A stretch of DNA of 64,000 bases from Burkholderiales bacterium (lineage in GTDB: Bacteria > Pseudomonadota > Gammaproteobacteria > Burkholderiales > SG8-39): positions 5,057-69,056 of the forward strand of contig DATCYZ010000029.1 of the NCBI GenBank assembly GCA_036526195.1, written 5' to 3'. Positions 38,231-47,119 of this stretch are shown here, in pieces; the first letter of the stretch is position 1; the number at the start of each line of letters is the position of its first letter. The position numbers were made by a program, and so were the translations under genes. Below the pieces are notes generated by a model. The model was not told where the DNA came from, searched no databases, and worked only from the letters and a program-made list of their open reading frames with translations.

Positions 38231-39517
38231 GTGGAAACCCCCGCCTTCCTGAAACGGCTGTTCGGGCGCGACCCGCATCGCGCCTCGACCCGGGCGCTCG
38301 CCCTGTGCCACGCGCTGATGAGCGAGCGCGGCGAGTCCTCCGGCGCCCTGCTCGCGCGCGAGGCCGCCACCGCGATCACGGCCCTGCCGCCGCTCGAGCG
38401 CGACCTGTTCTTTGACGGGCTCGCCGCCGGCTACGCGCCCTCGCCCGAGGCGGTGCTGCGCGCCGCCGAGGCCTACCGCAGCGATCCCGGCGCGCGCACG
38501 CTGGCGCGGCTGCAGGCGAGCGTCGACCCGCAGCGCCAGGAACTGTTCCGGCGCCTGAACATGGCCCCCGGCGGCACCGCGGCCCTGGTCAGGCTGCGCA
38601 CGCAATTGCTCGCGGGACTGAAGACGCATCCCGACTGGTCCGCGGTAGACAGCGACCTGATGCACCTGTTCCGCAGCTGGTTCAACCGCGGCTTCCTGCG
38701 GCTCGAGCGCATCGACTGGCGCACGCCGGCGAACGTACTCGAGAAACTGATCGCCTACGAGGCGGTGCACGCCATCCAGGGCTGGGACGACCTGCGCCGG
38801 CGCCTCGCGGCTGACCGGCGCTGCTTTGCCTTCTTCCACCCGGCGCTGCCCGAGGAACCGCTGATCTTCATCGAGGTGGCGCTGACCCGCGGCCTCGCCG
38901 CCGAGATCGCGCCGCTGATCGACCCCGCCGCCGCGGTGGAGGACCCGGAGAAGGCCACGCACGCGATCTTCTTCTCGATCACCAATTGCCAGGCGGGCCT
39001 GCGCGGCGTGTCCTTCGGCAACTTCCTCATCAAGCAGGTGGCGCGCGACCTGCAGGCGATGCTGCCGAAGCTCAAGACCTTCGCCACGCTTTCGCCGGTG
39101 CCGGGCTTCGCGGCCTGGCTCGCCGGCGAGAAAGGGCGCCTCGGCGAGGCGCTCGCGCCGCTGGAGACGCCCGACTGGCACCGCAAGCCTCCCGCCGCGC
39201 TGGCGCCGGCGCTCACGGCGGCCTGCGCGCACTACCTGCTGCACGCGAAAAAGGGCGAGGCGCCGCTCGACCCGGTGGCGCGCTTCCACCTCGGCAACGG
39301 CGCGGCGCTCGAACGCGTCAACGTCTTCGCCGACCTGTCGGCCGCCGGCCTCGCGCGCGGCGCGGGCATGATGGTCAACTACGCCTACCGGCTGGAAGAC
39401 GTCGAAGCCAACCACGAGGCCTTCGTCAAGGAACACCGCGTCATCGCCTCGCGCACGGTTGAGAAACAGGCCCGCGCCTGCCCGCTTGCGCCAGCGCGCG
39501 AGAAGGCGCGCGGATGA
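38231..39517 (+). CDS. malonyl-CoA decarboxylase family protein
   Basis: GTG start 8 nt after the MoxR stop. 428 aa. Segments DLMHLFRSWFNRGFLRLERIDW, LIAYEAVHAI, FFHPALPEEPLIFIEVAL and FFSITNCQAGLRGVSFGNFLIKQV match the family as I remember it. Confidence 0.8.
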   Translation: METPAFLKRLFGRDPHRASTRALALCHALMSERGESSGALLAREAATAITALPPLERDLFFDGLAAGYAPSPEAVLRAAEAYRSDPGARTLARLQASVDPQRQELFRRLNMAPGGTAALVRLRTQLLAGLKTHPDWSAVDSDLMHLFRSWFNRGFLRLERIDWRTPANVLEKLIAYEAVHAIQGWDDLRRRLAADRRCFAFFHPALPEEPLIFIEVALTRGLAAEIAPLIDPAAAVEDPEKATHAIFFSITNCQAGLRGVSFGNFLIKQVARDLQAMLPKLKTFATLSPVPGFAAWLAGEKGRLGEALAPLETPDWHRKPPAALAPALTAACAHYLLHAKKGEAPLDPVARFHLGNGAALERVNVFADLSAAGLARGAGMMVNYAYRLEDVEANHEAFVKEHRVIASRTVEKQARACPLAPAREKARG

Positions 39518-40728
39518 TCCCGGCGATCGACCCGAACGCGCCTTCGGGACGGCTTGCAGAAAACGTCATGCACTTCGCGCGCCTGCTGCGCGCGGCGGGC
39601 CTGCGCATCGGCCCGGACCGCGTGGTCGACACGGTGCGCGCGCTGGAAATCGCCGGCCCCGAGCGGCGCGACGACTGGTACTGGACCATGTCGGCGGTGC
39701 TGCTCTCGCGCGAGGAGCAGCGGCCGATCTTCGACCAGGCATTTCGGCTGTTCTGGCGCGACCCGAAGCTCACCGAAAAGATGATGCAGCTGCTGCTGCC
39801 CAAGGTCTACGGCAGGAGCGCGAAGCCCGAGGACCAGCAGAGCCAGCGCCTCACCGACGCCCTCTTCGGCCAGAAGCAGGAAGAAGCGAAGCCGCGCGAG
39901 GAGCAGAAAATCGAGCTCGACGCCCGGCTCACCTTCTCGTCCTCGGAAGTGCTGCAGCGCATGGACTTCGACACCATGTCGGCGGCCGAGCTCTCGCAGG
40001 CAAAGAAGATGATCGCCGAGTTGCGCCTGCCGCTGCCGAAGCTGCGCACGCGCCGGCACGTGACCGATCCTCGCGGCATGCGCGTGGACCTGCGCGCGAC
40101 GCTGCGCGAGTCGATGCGCGAAGGCGGCGGCATCATCCCGCTGGTGCGCTCGGCGCCGCGCGAGCTGCACCCGCCGCTGGTGGTACTGTGCGACATCTCG
40201 GGCTCGATGAACCCCTACGCGCGCATGTTCCTGCACTTCCTGCACGCCCTGACCAACGACCGCGACCGCGTCACGGTGTTCGTCTTCGGCACCCGGCTCA
40301 CCAACATCACGCGCCAGCTGCGGCATCGCGACGTCGACGTCGCCATGGCGAAGGTGGCGGACATCATCAAGGACTGGTCCGGCGGCACGCGCATCGGCAA
40401 CTGCCTGCGCGAGTTCAACTGGCGCTGGGGCCGGCGCGTGCTCGGGCAGAATGCTTGCGTCATGCTGGTCTCCGACGGCCTGGACCGCGAGGCGGGCGAG
40501 GGCCTGTCGGAGGAGATGGAGCGGTTGTCCAAGTCCTGCCGCACGCTGGTCTGGCTCAATCCGCTGCTGCGCTACGAGCGCTTCGAGGCGCGTCCCGCAG
40601 GCGTGCGCGCGATGTTGCCGCATGTGGACATGTTCCTCCCGGTGCATAATCTGAAGAGTCTGGTCGATCTGGCGCATACGCTCTCGAGGCCGGCCCGCGC
40701 ATTGCAGGAGACCCGCGCATGGAAATGA
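39514..40728 (+). CDS. VWA domain-containing protein (CoxE-like)
   Basis: ATGA overlap with the upstream stop. 404 aa. C-terminal VWA domain with the MIDAS motif LCDISGSM. Confidence 0.85.
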   Translation: MIPAIDPNAPSGRLAENVMHFARLLRAAGLRIGPDRVVDTVRALEIAGPERRDDWYWTMSAVLLSREEQRPIFDQAFRLFWRDPKLTEKMMQLLLPKVYGRSAKPEDQQSQRLTDALFGQKQEEAKPREEQKIELDARLTFSSSEVLQRMDFDTMSAAELSQAKKMIAELRLPLPKLRTRRHVTDPRGMRVDLRATLRESMREGGGIIPLVRSAPRELHPPLVVLCDISGSMNPYARMFLHFLHALTNDRDRVTVFVFGTRLTNITRQLRHRDVDVAMAKVADIIKDWSGGTRIGNCLREFNWRWGRRVLGQNACVMLVSDGLDREAGEGLSEEMERLSKSCRTLVWLNPLLRYERFEARPAGVRAMLPHVDMFLPVHNLKSLVDLAHTLSRPARALQETRAWK

Positions 40729-41192
40729 CAGGCGAAGAACTGATTCCCGCCACCCAGGCGCAGACCTGGGCGGCGCTGAACGACCCGGAAATCCTCAAGG
40801 CCTGCGTGCCGGGCTGCGAAGCCATCGACCGGGTCAGCGACACCGAGTACGCGGTACAGATGACCGCCCGCGTCGGCCCGGTGAGCGCGAAGTTCAAGGG
40901 CAAGCTGGAACTCTCTGACGTCAAGCCGCCGGAGTCCTACGCCCTGGCCTTCGAGGGACAGGGCGGCGTCGCCGGCTTCGGCAAGGGCGGCGCCACGGTG
41001 CGTCTCGCCCCCGAGGGCGAGGGCACCCGGCTGTACTACACCGCGAAGGCGAGCGTCGGCGGCAAGCTGGCGCAAATCGGCTCGCGACTGGTCGACATGG
41101 CCGCGAAGAAGATCGCCGGCCAGTTCTTCGCCGCCTTCAACGAGAAGGTGGCGAGCCTGAATCCCTCCGGAGGCGGCGATGGCGGGCGCTGA
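40719..41192 (+). CDS. coxG: carbon monoxide dehydrogenase subunit G-like SRPBCC protein
   Basis: 157 aa. GGAG RBS. VPGCEAIDRVSDTEYAVQMTARVGPVSAKFKG and GGKLAQIGSRLVDMAAKKIAGQFF are typical CoxG segments. Confidence 0.85.
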   Translation: MEMTGEELIPATQAQTWAALNDPEILKACVPGCEAIDRVSDTEYAVQMTARVGPVSAKFKGKLELSDVKPPESYALAFEGQGGVAGFGKGGATVRLAPEGEGTRLYYTAKASVGGKLAQIGSRLVDMAAKKIAGQFFAAFNEKVASLNPSGGGDGGR

Positions 41193-41319
41193 GCACGACG
41201 CGCCCGGCCCGGTGCCGCGCGACCCGGACCTGCCCGAGGTGGCCGATTCCACGCTCGGCTTCGTCGCGGCCGGCGCGCTGCTGGTCTGCGTCGTCGCGCT
41301 GTTCACGCTGCTCGGCTGA
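41179..41319 (+). CDS. possible small tail-anchored membrane protein (46 aa); below the ORF-track size cut-off
   Basis: Translated by hand as MAGAEHDAPGPVPRDPDLPEVADSTLGFVAAGALLVCVVALFTLLG. It overlaps the coxG 3' end by 14 nt and has one C-terminal hydrophobic helix. No homology evidence. Confidence 0.3.
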   Translation: MAGAEHDAPGPVPRDPDLPEVADSTLGFVAAGALLVCVVALFTLLG

Positions 41320-41330
41320 GCACCGCCGGC

Positions 41331-42062
41331 ATGGCGGCCCTGCTGTTCCGCGACGACGCCACGCTGCGGCAGTGCGAGGCGACGGTGGTCGCGGTGCACG
41401 GCGAAGGCAGCGAGGCCGCGCCCTGGCAGGTCGAGCTCGATCGCACGGTGTTCTATCCCCTCGGCGGCGGCCAGCCCGGCGATCGCGGCAGCCTGCGCGC
41501 CGCGGACGGCACCGAATGGCCCGTCACCGAGGCACGCAAGGGCGCGGGCGCGGAGGACGTGCTGCACCGGCTCGCACCGGGCGCGCCTGCCCCCGCCGTC
41601 GGCACGCAGGTCGAAGCCGAAATCGACTGGGACCATCGCCACCGCCTGATGCGCCTGCACACCGCGCTGCACCTGCTCTCGGCCGTGGTGCGCGCGCCGG
41701 TCACCGGCGGGCGCATCGCCGCGGACAAGGCGCACCTCGACTTCGACATCGAGATGGAGCAACTGAATCGCGAGGCGATCGAGGCCGGCGTCAACGCGCT
41801 GGTCGAGGCGGGGCACCCCACGCGCGCCCTCTGGATCACCGATGGCGAACTCGACGCCCGCCCGGACCTTGTGAAGACCATGTCGGTCGCGCCGCCGCGC
41901 GGCGAGGGCCGCGTGCGCCTGCTCGAGATCCCCGGCGTCGACCTGCAGGCCTGCGGTGGCACCCATGTGGCCAATACCGCCGAAATCGGCCGCCTGGCGG
42001 TGCTGCGCATCCGCTCCGAGGGACGGCGCAACCGGCGCGTCACGCTCGGTTTCGCCGCCTGA
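41331..42062 (+). CDS. alanyl-tRNA editing protein (AlaX-like, threonyl/alanyl-tRNA synthetase SAD family)
   Basis: 243 aa. Zinc motifs HTALH (HxxxH) and CGGTH (CxxxH). N-terminal FYPLGGGQPGD. Confidence 0.85.
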   Translation: MAALLFRDDATLRQCEATVVAVHGEGSEAAPWQVELDRTVFYPLGGGQPGDRGSLRAADGTEWPVTEARKGAGAEDVLHRLAPGAPAPAVGTQVEAEIDWDHRHRLMRLHTALHLLSAVVRAPVTGGRIAADKAHLDFDIEMEQLNREAIEAGVNALVEAGHPTRALWITDGELDARPDLVKTMSVAPPRGEGRVRLLEIPGVDLQACGGTHVANTAEIGRLAVLRIRSEGRRNRRVTLGFAA

Positions 42063-42189
42063 GCGCGCCGCCGGTCCCGCGCGCCGCGCCGTTCATCCGG
42101 GATCTGCGCGGGGCAGGCATTAGTTCCTGTCTTGCACATTCTGACAAAGCCTACCCTTGGGCTGCACTTTCGCCCGACCCCACAGGCCC

Positions 42190-42885
42190 ATGACCACCAC
42201 CGAAACCACCACCCTCGGCCCCATCGCCTACGCCGCGCCCCAGCGCCGGCTCGCCGTCGTGCTCGTCGCGCAGCTGCGCAACTTCGGCCGCATGAGCGAG
42301 CGCCTGCCCTCGTTCGAGGTGCTGCGCGTCATCGAGCGATTCACCCGCATGGTGGGCGATTGCGCCGCGGCCTATGCAGGGGAACTGCTCTCCGCGCACA
42401 ACGACACGCTGCTGATGGTCTTTCGCAACGCCACCCCGCCGCAATGCGCGCACCAGGCGGTGCGGGCGGCGCAGTCGATCCAGCTCGAGTTCGGCGCGCT
42501 TGCGGAAGCCTGGCAGGACGCCTACGGCATGCAGTCCGCGGTCTCCATGGGCGTGCACCTTGGCGAACTGGTCTCGGGCCGCGTCGGCCCGGACGATGCG
42601 CGCCGCGAGACGGTCTACGGCGACACGCTGACGCTGGCAGAGCGCCTTGCCGATCGCGCGCGCTCCGGGGAATTCGTGCTGTCGGACTCGGTGATGGGCG
42701 CGCTCGAGGTGGCCAATCTCGGCCTGGACGCCGAGCCGCTGCCGATGCTGCGGCTGCCGGACCGCGAGGACACGCGCATCTTCGGCGTGCTGCTCGACAC
42801 AAGGCTCGACTTCACCGCACCGGCGTCGACCCGCGCCGAGGACGAGGTCAGGACCGAACCCAGCGTCATCACGCAGCGGCTCTGA
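42190..42885 (+). CDS. class III adenylate/guanylate cyclase homology domain protein, catalytically degenerate
   Basis: I prefer ATG 42190. 231 aa. The CHD pattern is present (LVAQLRNFGRM, HNDTLLMVF, MGVHLGELVSGRVG, YGDTLTLAERL), but Gln replaces the first metal Asp and Thr replaces the conserved Asn. Confidence 0.7.
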   Translation: MTTTETTTLGPIAYAAPQRRLAVVLVAQLRNFGRMSERLPSFEVLRVIERFTRMVGDCAAAYAGELLSAHNDTLLMVFRNATPPQCAHQAVRAAQSIQLEFGALAEAWQDAYGMQSAVSMGVHLGELVSGRVGPDDARRETVYGDTLTLAERLADRARSGEFVLSDSVMGALEVANLGLDAEPLPMLRLPDREDTRIFGVLLDTRLDFTAPASTRAEDEVRTEPSVITQRL

Positions 42886-42906
42886 AGCCGCACGCCGCGC
42901 AGCGAC

Positions 42907-44274
42907 TCAGGCGCCCGCCACCATCATGCGCTCGATCAGCAGCGAGCCGCTGCGACGCGAGTTGCGCACCAGCGTGTCCGAGCCGATCTCGACGATGCCG
43001 CGGAACATGTCCTTCAGGTTGCCGGCGATGGTGATTTCCTCCACCGGGTGGACGATGCGTCCGCCCTCGACCCAGTAGCCCGCGGCGCCGCGCGAATAAT
43101 CGCCGGTGACAAGGTTCACCCCCTGCCCGAGCAGGTCGGTCACCAGCAGCCCGCGACCGAGCGCGCGCAGCATGCCCTCGAAATCCGGACCCGGCCGGCC
43201 GTCGGCGCGGCGCAACTCGAGGTTGTGGTGGCCGCCGGCGTTGCCGGTGGTCTGCATGCCGAGCTTCCGCGCCGAGTAGCAGCCGAGGAAATACCCTTCC
43301 AGCACGCCTGCGCGCACCACGTCGCGCGGCTGCGTCGCCACGCCCTCGTCGTCGAAGGCGCCGCTCGCGAAATCGCGCGGCGTGAACGGGCGCTCCTCGA
43401 TCGTCACCAGCGGCGAGAACACCTGCTCCCCGAGCGTGTCGAGCAGGAACGAGGCCTTGCGATACAGGCTGCCGCCGCTCGCGGCGCCGACGAAGCTGCC
43501 GAGCAGCTGCGCCGCCATCGGCGCCTCGAACAGCACCGGCACTTCGCAGGTCGGGATCTTGCGCGCGCCCAGGCGCGCGAGCGCCCGCGCGCCCGCATAC
43601 CGCCCGAGGGCCACGGGGTCGGCGAGGTCCTGCGGCGCGCGCGCCGCGCTCATCCAGTCGTCGCGCTGCATCTGGCCGCGGTGCTCGGCGATCAGCGCGC
43701 ACCAGATGCCGTGGCGCGTCGTCGGATAGCCGCCGGTGAAGCCCAGGCTGTTGGCGAAGACGAACTGGTTGTGCTGCGCAGACACCGAGGCTCCTTCTGA
43801 ATTCGAGAGCTTCGGCGAGAGCGCGAAGGCCGCCGCCTCGCAACGCTCGGCGAGCGCAATCGCCGCCTCGGTGGAGAGCGCCCAGGGATGGCACAGGTCG
43901 AGGTCCGGAAAGCGGGTCGCCAGCTGCCCGGGCTCCGGCAGCCCCGCGCAATCGTCCTCGGCAGTGCGCTGCGCGATCGCATGCGCCGCGGCCACGGTCT
44001 GCGCGAGCGCCGTATCGGAGAAATCGGAGGTGCTGGCGTGGCCGCGGCGCACGCGCGGGCGCTCGCCGAGGTAGACGCTGACCCCGAGGCCCTTGTCGCG
44101 GTTGTGCTCGATGGTGTCGACTGCGCCCTTTCGCACGGTGACCGACAGGCCGTAGCCCTCGGAGACGTCGACCTCGCAGGCCGAGGCGCCGAGGCGGTGC
44201 GCGTGCTCGAGCACCGCGTGCGCCGTGGCGCGCAAGGCGTCCTGCGTGTAGGTCAGGCCGGGGACATTTTTCAT
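42907..44274 (-). CDS. pmbA: metalloprotease PmbA (TldE)
   Basis: 455 aa. Collinear with E. coli PmbA as I recall it, for example GDYSRGAAGYWVEGGRIVHPVEEITIAGNLKDMF near the C-terminus. Confidence 0.92.
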   Translation of the reverse strand: MKNVPGLTYTQDALRATAHAVLEHAHRLGASACEVDVSEGYGLSVTVRKGAVDTIEHNRDKGLGVSVYLGERPRVRRGHASTSDFSDTALAQTVAAAHAIAQRTAEDDCAGLPEPGQLATRFPDLDLCHPWALSTEAAIALAERCEAAAFALSPKLSNSEGASVSAQHNQFVFANSLGFTGGYPTTRHGIWCALIAEHRGQMQRDDWMSAARAPQDLADPVALGRYAGARALARLGARKIPTCEVPVLFEAPMAAQLLGSFVGAASGGSLYRKASFLLDTLGEQVFSPLVTIEERPFTPRDFASGAFDDEGVATQPRDVVRAGVLEGYFLGCYSARKLGMQTTGNAGGHHNLELRRADGRPGPDFEGMLRALGRGLLVTDLLGQGVNLVTGDYSRGAAGYWVEGGRIVHPVEEITIAGNLKDMFRGIVEIGSDTLVRNSRRSGSLLIERMMVAGA

Positions 44275-44827
44275 GGCGCGCTATGATATCAGCGTGATCC
44301 ACGACGACGATCCGCCGAGCAAGACCAAGCGCAAGGAAGCCATGCATGCGCTGCAGGCGCTCGGCAAGGAACTGGTCGAGCTGAGCGAGGCGGCACTCGC
44401 GGGCGTGACCATGCCCGAGGTGCTCGCGAACGCGGTGCGCGAGGCGCGACGACTCACCAGCCACGAGGGCAAGCGCCGCCAGATCCAGTACATCGGCAAG
44501 ATCATGCGCAACATCGATGCCGGGCCCTTGCGCGAGCAACTCGCGGAGATGCGCCGCGGCACCGCCGCCTCCGCGGCCCGCCACCAGAGCCTGGAACGCT
44601 GGCGCGAACGGCTGATCGCCGACGACGCGGCGCTCACCGAATTCCTGGCCGCGTACCCGGTCGCCGGCACGCAGGTGCTGCGCACCGCGATCCGCAACGC
44701 GAGAAAGGAAGCCGCGATCCCGTCCACGCCGGAGGCCTGGCGCCCACCGCACGCCTACCGCGAATTGTTCCGGCTGCTGCGCGAAGCCACCGAAGCGCCC
44801 CCCGGCGGCGCTGCGCCGCCGGGCTGA
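44273..44827 (+). CDS. yjgA: ribosome-associated protein YjgA (DUF615 / DarP)
   Basis: 184 aa. SKTKRKEAMHALQALGKELVEL and EGKRRQIQYIGKIMR match the YjgA pattern. Divergent from pmbA, as in E. coli. Confidence 0.85.
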   Translation: MARYDISVIHDDDPPSKTKRKEAMHALQALGKELVELSEAALAGVTMPEVLANAVREARRLTSHEGKRRQIQYIGKIMRNIDAGPLREQLAEMRRGTAASAARHQSLERWRERLIADDAALTEFLAAYPVAGTQVLRTAIRNARKEAAIPSTPEAWRPPHAYRELFRLLREATEAPPGGAAPPG

Positions 44828-44842
44828 GCGCTCGCCCCGAAA

Positions 44843-46060
44843 TCAGCCGCGCGCCCGCACGCGGGGCGCCCACACCACCGCCAGCAGGGTCGCGCATACG
44901 GCCAGCGCGCCGACCCGGCCATAGTGCGTGATCTCGCCGCCGGGCCCGGTGCCGAGGATCAGGCCCGCGACCAGTGCGGCGCTGCCCGCGGTGGCCTGCT
45001 GCACCGCCCCGGTGAGCGCAAGGAAGCCGCCGCGCAACTGCGGTTCGGCCGCCGAGTTGATCAGCGCCATGGCGGGCACGAAGCGGCCCGAGACCAGCGT
45101 CATGAACAGCACCGAGGCGCACACCGCGACGATGAGCGGGACGGGCGGCAGGTTGGTGGTCAGCACCAGCGGCACGCAGGACGCCAGCGCGACAATGCGG
45201 AACATGCGCTGCTTGCCGTGCAGGTCGCACTGGCGGCCGATCCAGCGCGAGGTAAAGAAAGTCGCGAGGCCGCCAAAGAAGTACAGCAGCGCGATCTGCG
45301 ACTCGCGCAGGCCGACGTTGCGCACCATGAAGGGCGCGAGGTAGGGGATCACCGTGAACCCGGCGAAGGTGGCGAGCGCGTTCAGGACGAAGGCGCGCCA
45401 GTGGTTCGGCACCGACAGCACGCGCGTGTAGCTCGCCAGCAGGCGGTCGGCACGCCGCGCCGCGACGTGCCCGGTGACCGGGGGCAGCACGCGCGCGGCG
45501 ACCGCGATGAGCGGCAATGCGCCGAGCGCGAGCACGGCGAAGGGCCAGCGCCAGCTGCCGCCGAGGTCGGCGATCAGGATCCCGAGCGGCACGCCGCTCA
45601 CCGAGGCCAGGGCGAAGGACGAGAGCACGATGCCGGTCGCGCGGCCGCGCCGGCCCTCGGGCACCACGTCGCCGAGGAAGGCATGCACCTGCGCCGCGAG
45701 CACCCCGCCGAAGGCGCCGGCGAACGCATGCGCGGCGAGCAGCATGGCGTAGGTCTGCGCCGCCGCGGTCGCGACCGCGGCGAGCATGAAGCCCGAGGCG
45801 AGCGCAAGCAGCACCCGCCTGCGGTCGAAGCGGTCTGCCACCGCGCTCGCGGCGATGCCCGCGGCGGCCGCAGCGAACATATAGACTGACACCAGCAGCC
45901 CGAAATCGCGCGGCGTCAGCGCGAACAGGCGCATCAACTGGGGGCCGAGCGGCATCATCAGCACGAAATCGAGCACGTGCATGAACTGCAGGCCGGCCAG
46001 CACCCGGACGATGCGCGCTTCGCGCGCCGGATCGTGGGCTGCGTTCACTGGAGAGGACAT
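44843..46060 (-). CDS. MFS transporter
   Basis: 405 aa with about 12 hydrophobic segments. DRFDRRRVLL-type motif between TM2 and TM3. Confidence 0.85.
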   Translation of the reverse strand: MSSPVNAAHDPAREARIVRVLAGLQFMHVLDFVLMMPLGPQLMRLFALTPRDFGLLVSVYMFAAAAAGIAASAVADRFDRRRVLLALASGFMLAAVATAAAQTYAMLLAAHAFAGAFGGVLAAQVHAFLGDVVPEGRRGRATGIVLSSFALASVSGVPLGILIADLGGSWRWPFAVLALGALPLIAVAARVLPPVTGHVAARRADRLLASYTRVLSVPNHWRAFVLNALATFAGFTVIPYLAPFMVRNVGLRESQIALLYFFGGLATFFTSRWIGRQCDLHGKQRMFRIVALASCVPLVLTTNLPPVPLIVAVCASVLFMTLVSGRFVPAMALINSAAEPQLRGGFLALTGAVQQATAGSAALVAGLILGTGPGGEITHYGRVGALAVCATLLAVVWAPRVRARG

Positions 46061-46177
46061 CGGAAATGCCGGATCGGGGATCGCTGCTTCAGGGCGACGC
46101 GTTGCAAAGTGGTCGCCGCCCGCTCAATGCCGCATCATACCGACCGCATCGAATCGCGGATTTCAGGAGACCCCGCC

Positions 46178-46768
46178 ATGCCTGAAGAACTCATCGTCGG
46201 CCTCGTGTCGATCTCCGATCGCGCCTCCAAGGGGGTCTATCGCGACGAAGGCATCCCCGCGCTGAAGGACTGGCTCGCGAGCGCGATCGCCGCCCCGGCC
46301 TGGCGCGACGAAACCCGCCTGATCGCCGACGAGCAGCCGGTGATCGAGGCCACGCTCGCCGAACTGGTCGACACCAAGGGCTGCCACCTGGTGCTCACCA
46401 CCGGCGGCACCGGGCCGGCGACGCGCGACGTCACGCCCGAGGCGACGCTCGCGGTGGCCGACAAGCTGATGCCGGGGTTCGGCGAGCAGATGCGCCGCAT
46501 CAGCCTGGAATTCGTGCCGACCGCGATCCTGTCGCGCCAGGTGGCGGTGATCCGCAAGCAGGCGCTGATCATCAACCTGCCGGGCCAGCCGAAGTCGATC
46601 CGCGAGACGCTCGAAGGCCTGAAGGACGCCGAGGGCCGACCGGTGGTGCCCGGGATCTTCGGCGCGGTGCCCTACTGCCTCGACCTGATCGGCGGGCCGT
46701 ACGTCGAGACGCACGAGGCGGTGGTAAAGGCATTCCGGCCGAAATCGGCGCTGCGGCCGAAGGCCTGA
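46178..46768 (+). CDS. mogA: molybdopterin adenylyltransferase MogA
   Basis: Start reassigned to ATG 46178 (AGGAGA RBS). 196 aa. SISDRAS, LVLTTGGTGPATRDVTPEAT and INLPGQPKSI motifs. Confidence 0.9.
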   Translation: MPEELIVGLVSISDRASKGVYRDEGIPALKDWLASAIAAPAWRDETRLIADEQPVIEATLAELVDTKGCHLVLTTGGTGPATRDVTPEATLAVADKLMPGFGEQMRRISLEFVPTAILSRQVAVIRKQALIINLPGQPKSIRETLEGLKDAEGRPVVPGIFGAVPYCLDLIGGPYVETHEAVVKAFRPKSALRPKA

Positions 46769-46841
46769 AACCCGGCCGGGCGCCGGAACGGCGCTAGCGT
46801 CGACCGGAACGGCGCCGCGCCCGGCGGCAAGCGCGCCCGCG

Positions 46842-47108
46842 TCAGCGCGCCCGCGGTCCCCGCATGCGCGGGTCGAGCCGCTCGAGGTCGGCTTCCACCT
46901 GCGCGCGGCTCCGCTCGTAGACGATCTCGCGCCCAAGAGCGCTGCCGGCGTAGGCGAGTTCGTTGCGCGTCGGCGTAAGCGCGCAGCGCACGCTGTGCTC
47001 GCCGGTGCCGAGCACCACCTCGATGCAGCCGGCGCGCTTCGAGTAGACCACCACGTCGATGGTCTGCCCGCTCTCGGTGACGCGCACCCTGATTTTCTCG
47101 TCGACCAT
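46842..47108 (-). CDS. hypothetical protein (88 aa)
   Basis: ATG 47108 lies 12 nt after the PilZ-protein stop (a TTG at 47123 is also possible). No family recognised. Confidence 0.5.
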   Translation of the reverse strand: MVDEKIRVRVTESGQTIDVVVYSKRAGCIEVVLGTGEHSVRCALTPTRNELAYAGSALGREIVYERSRAQVEADLERLDPRMRGPRAR

Positions 47109-47119
47109 CGCGCCCCCGT

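Noticed and set aside
46783-46816. Direct repeat CCGGAACGGCGC x2 downstream of mogA
   Set aside because: It is a short GC-rich duplication inside a probable stem-loop, with nothing to distinguish it from ordinary intergenic secondary structure.
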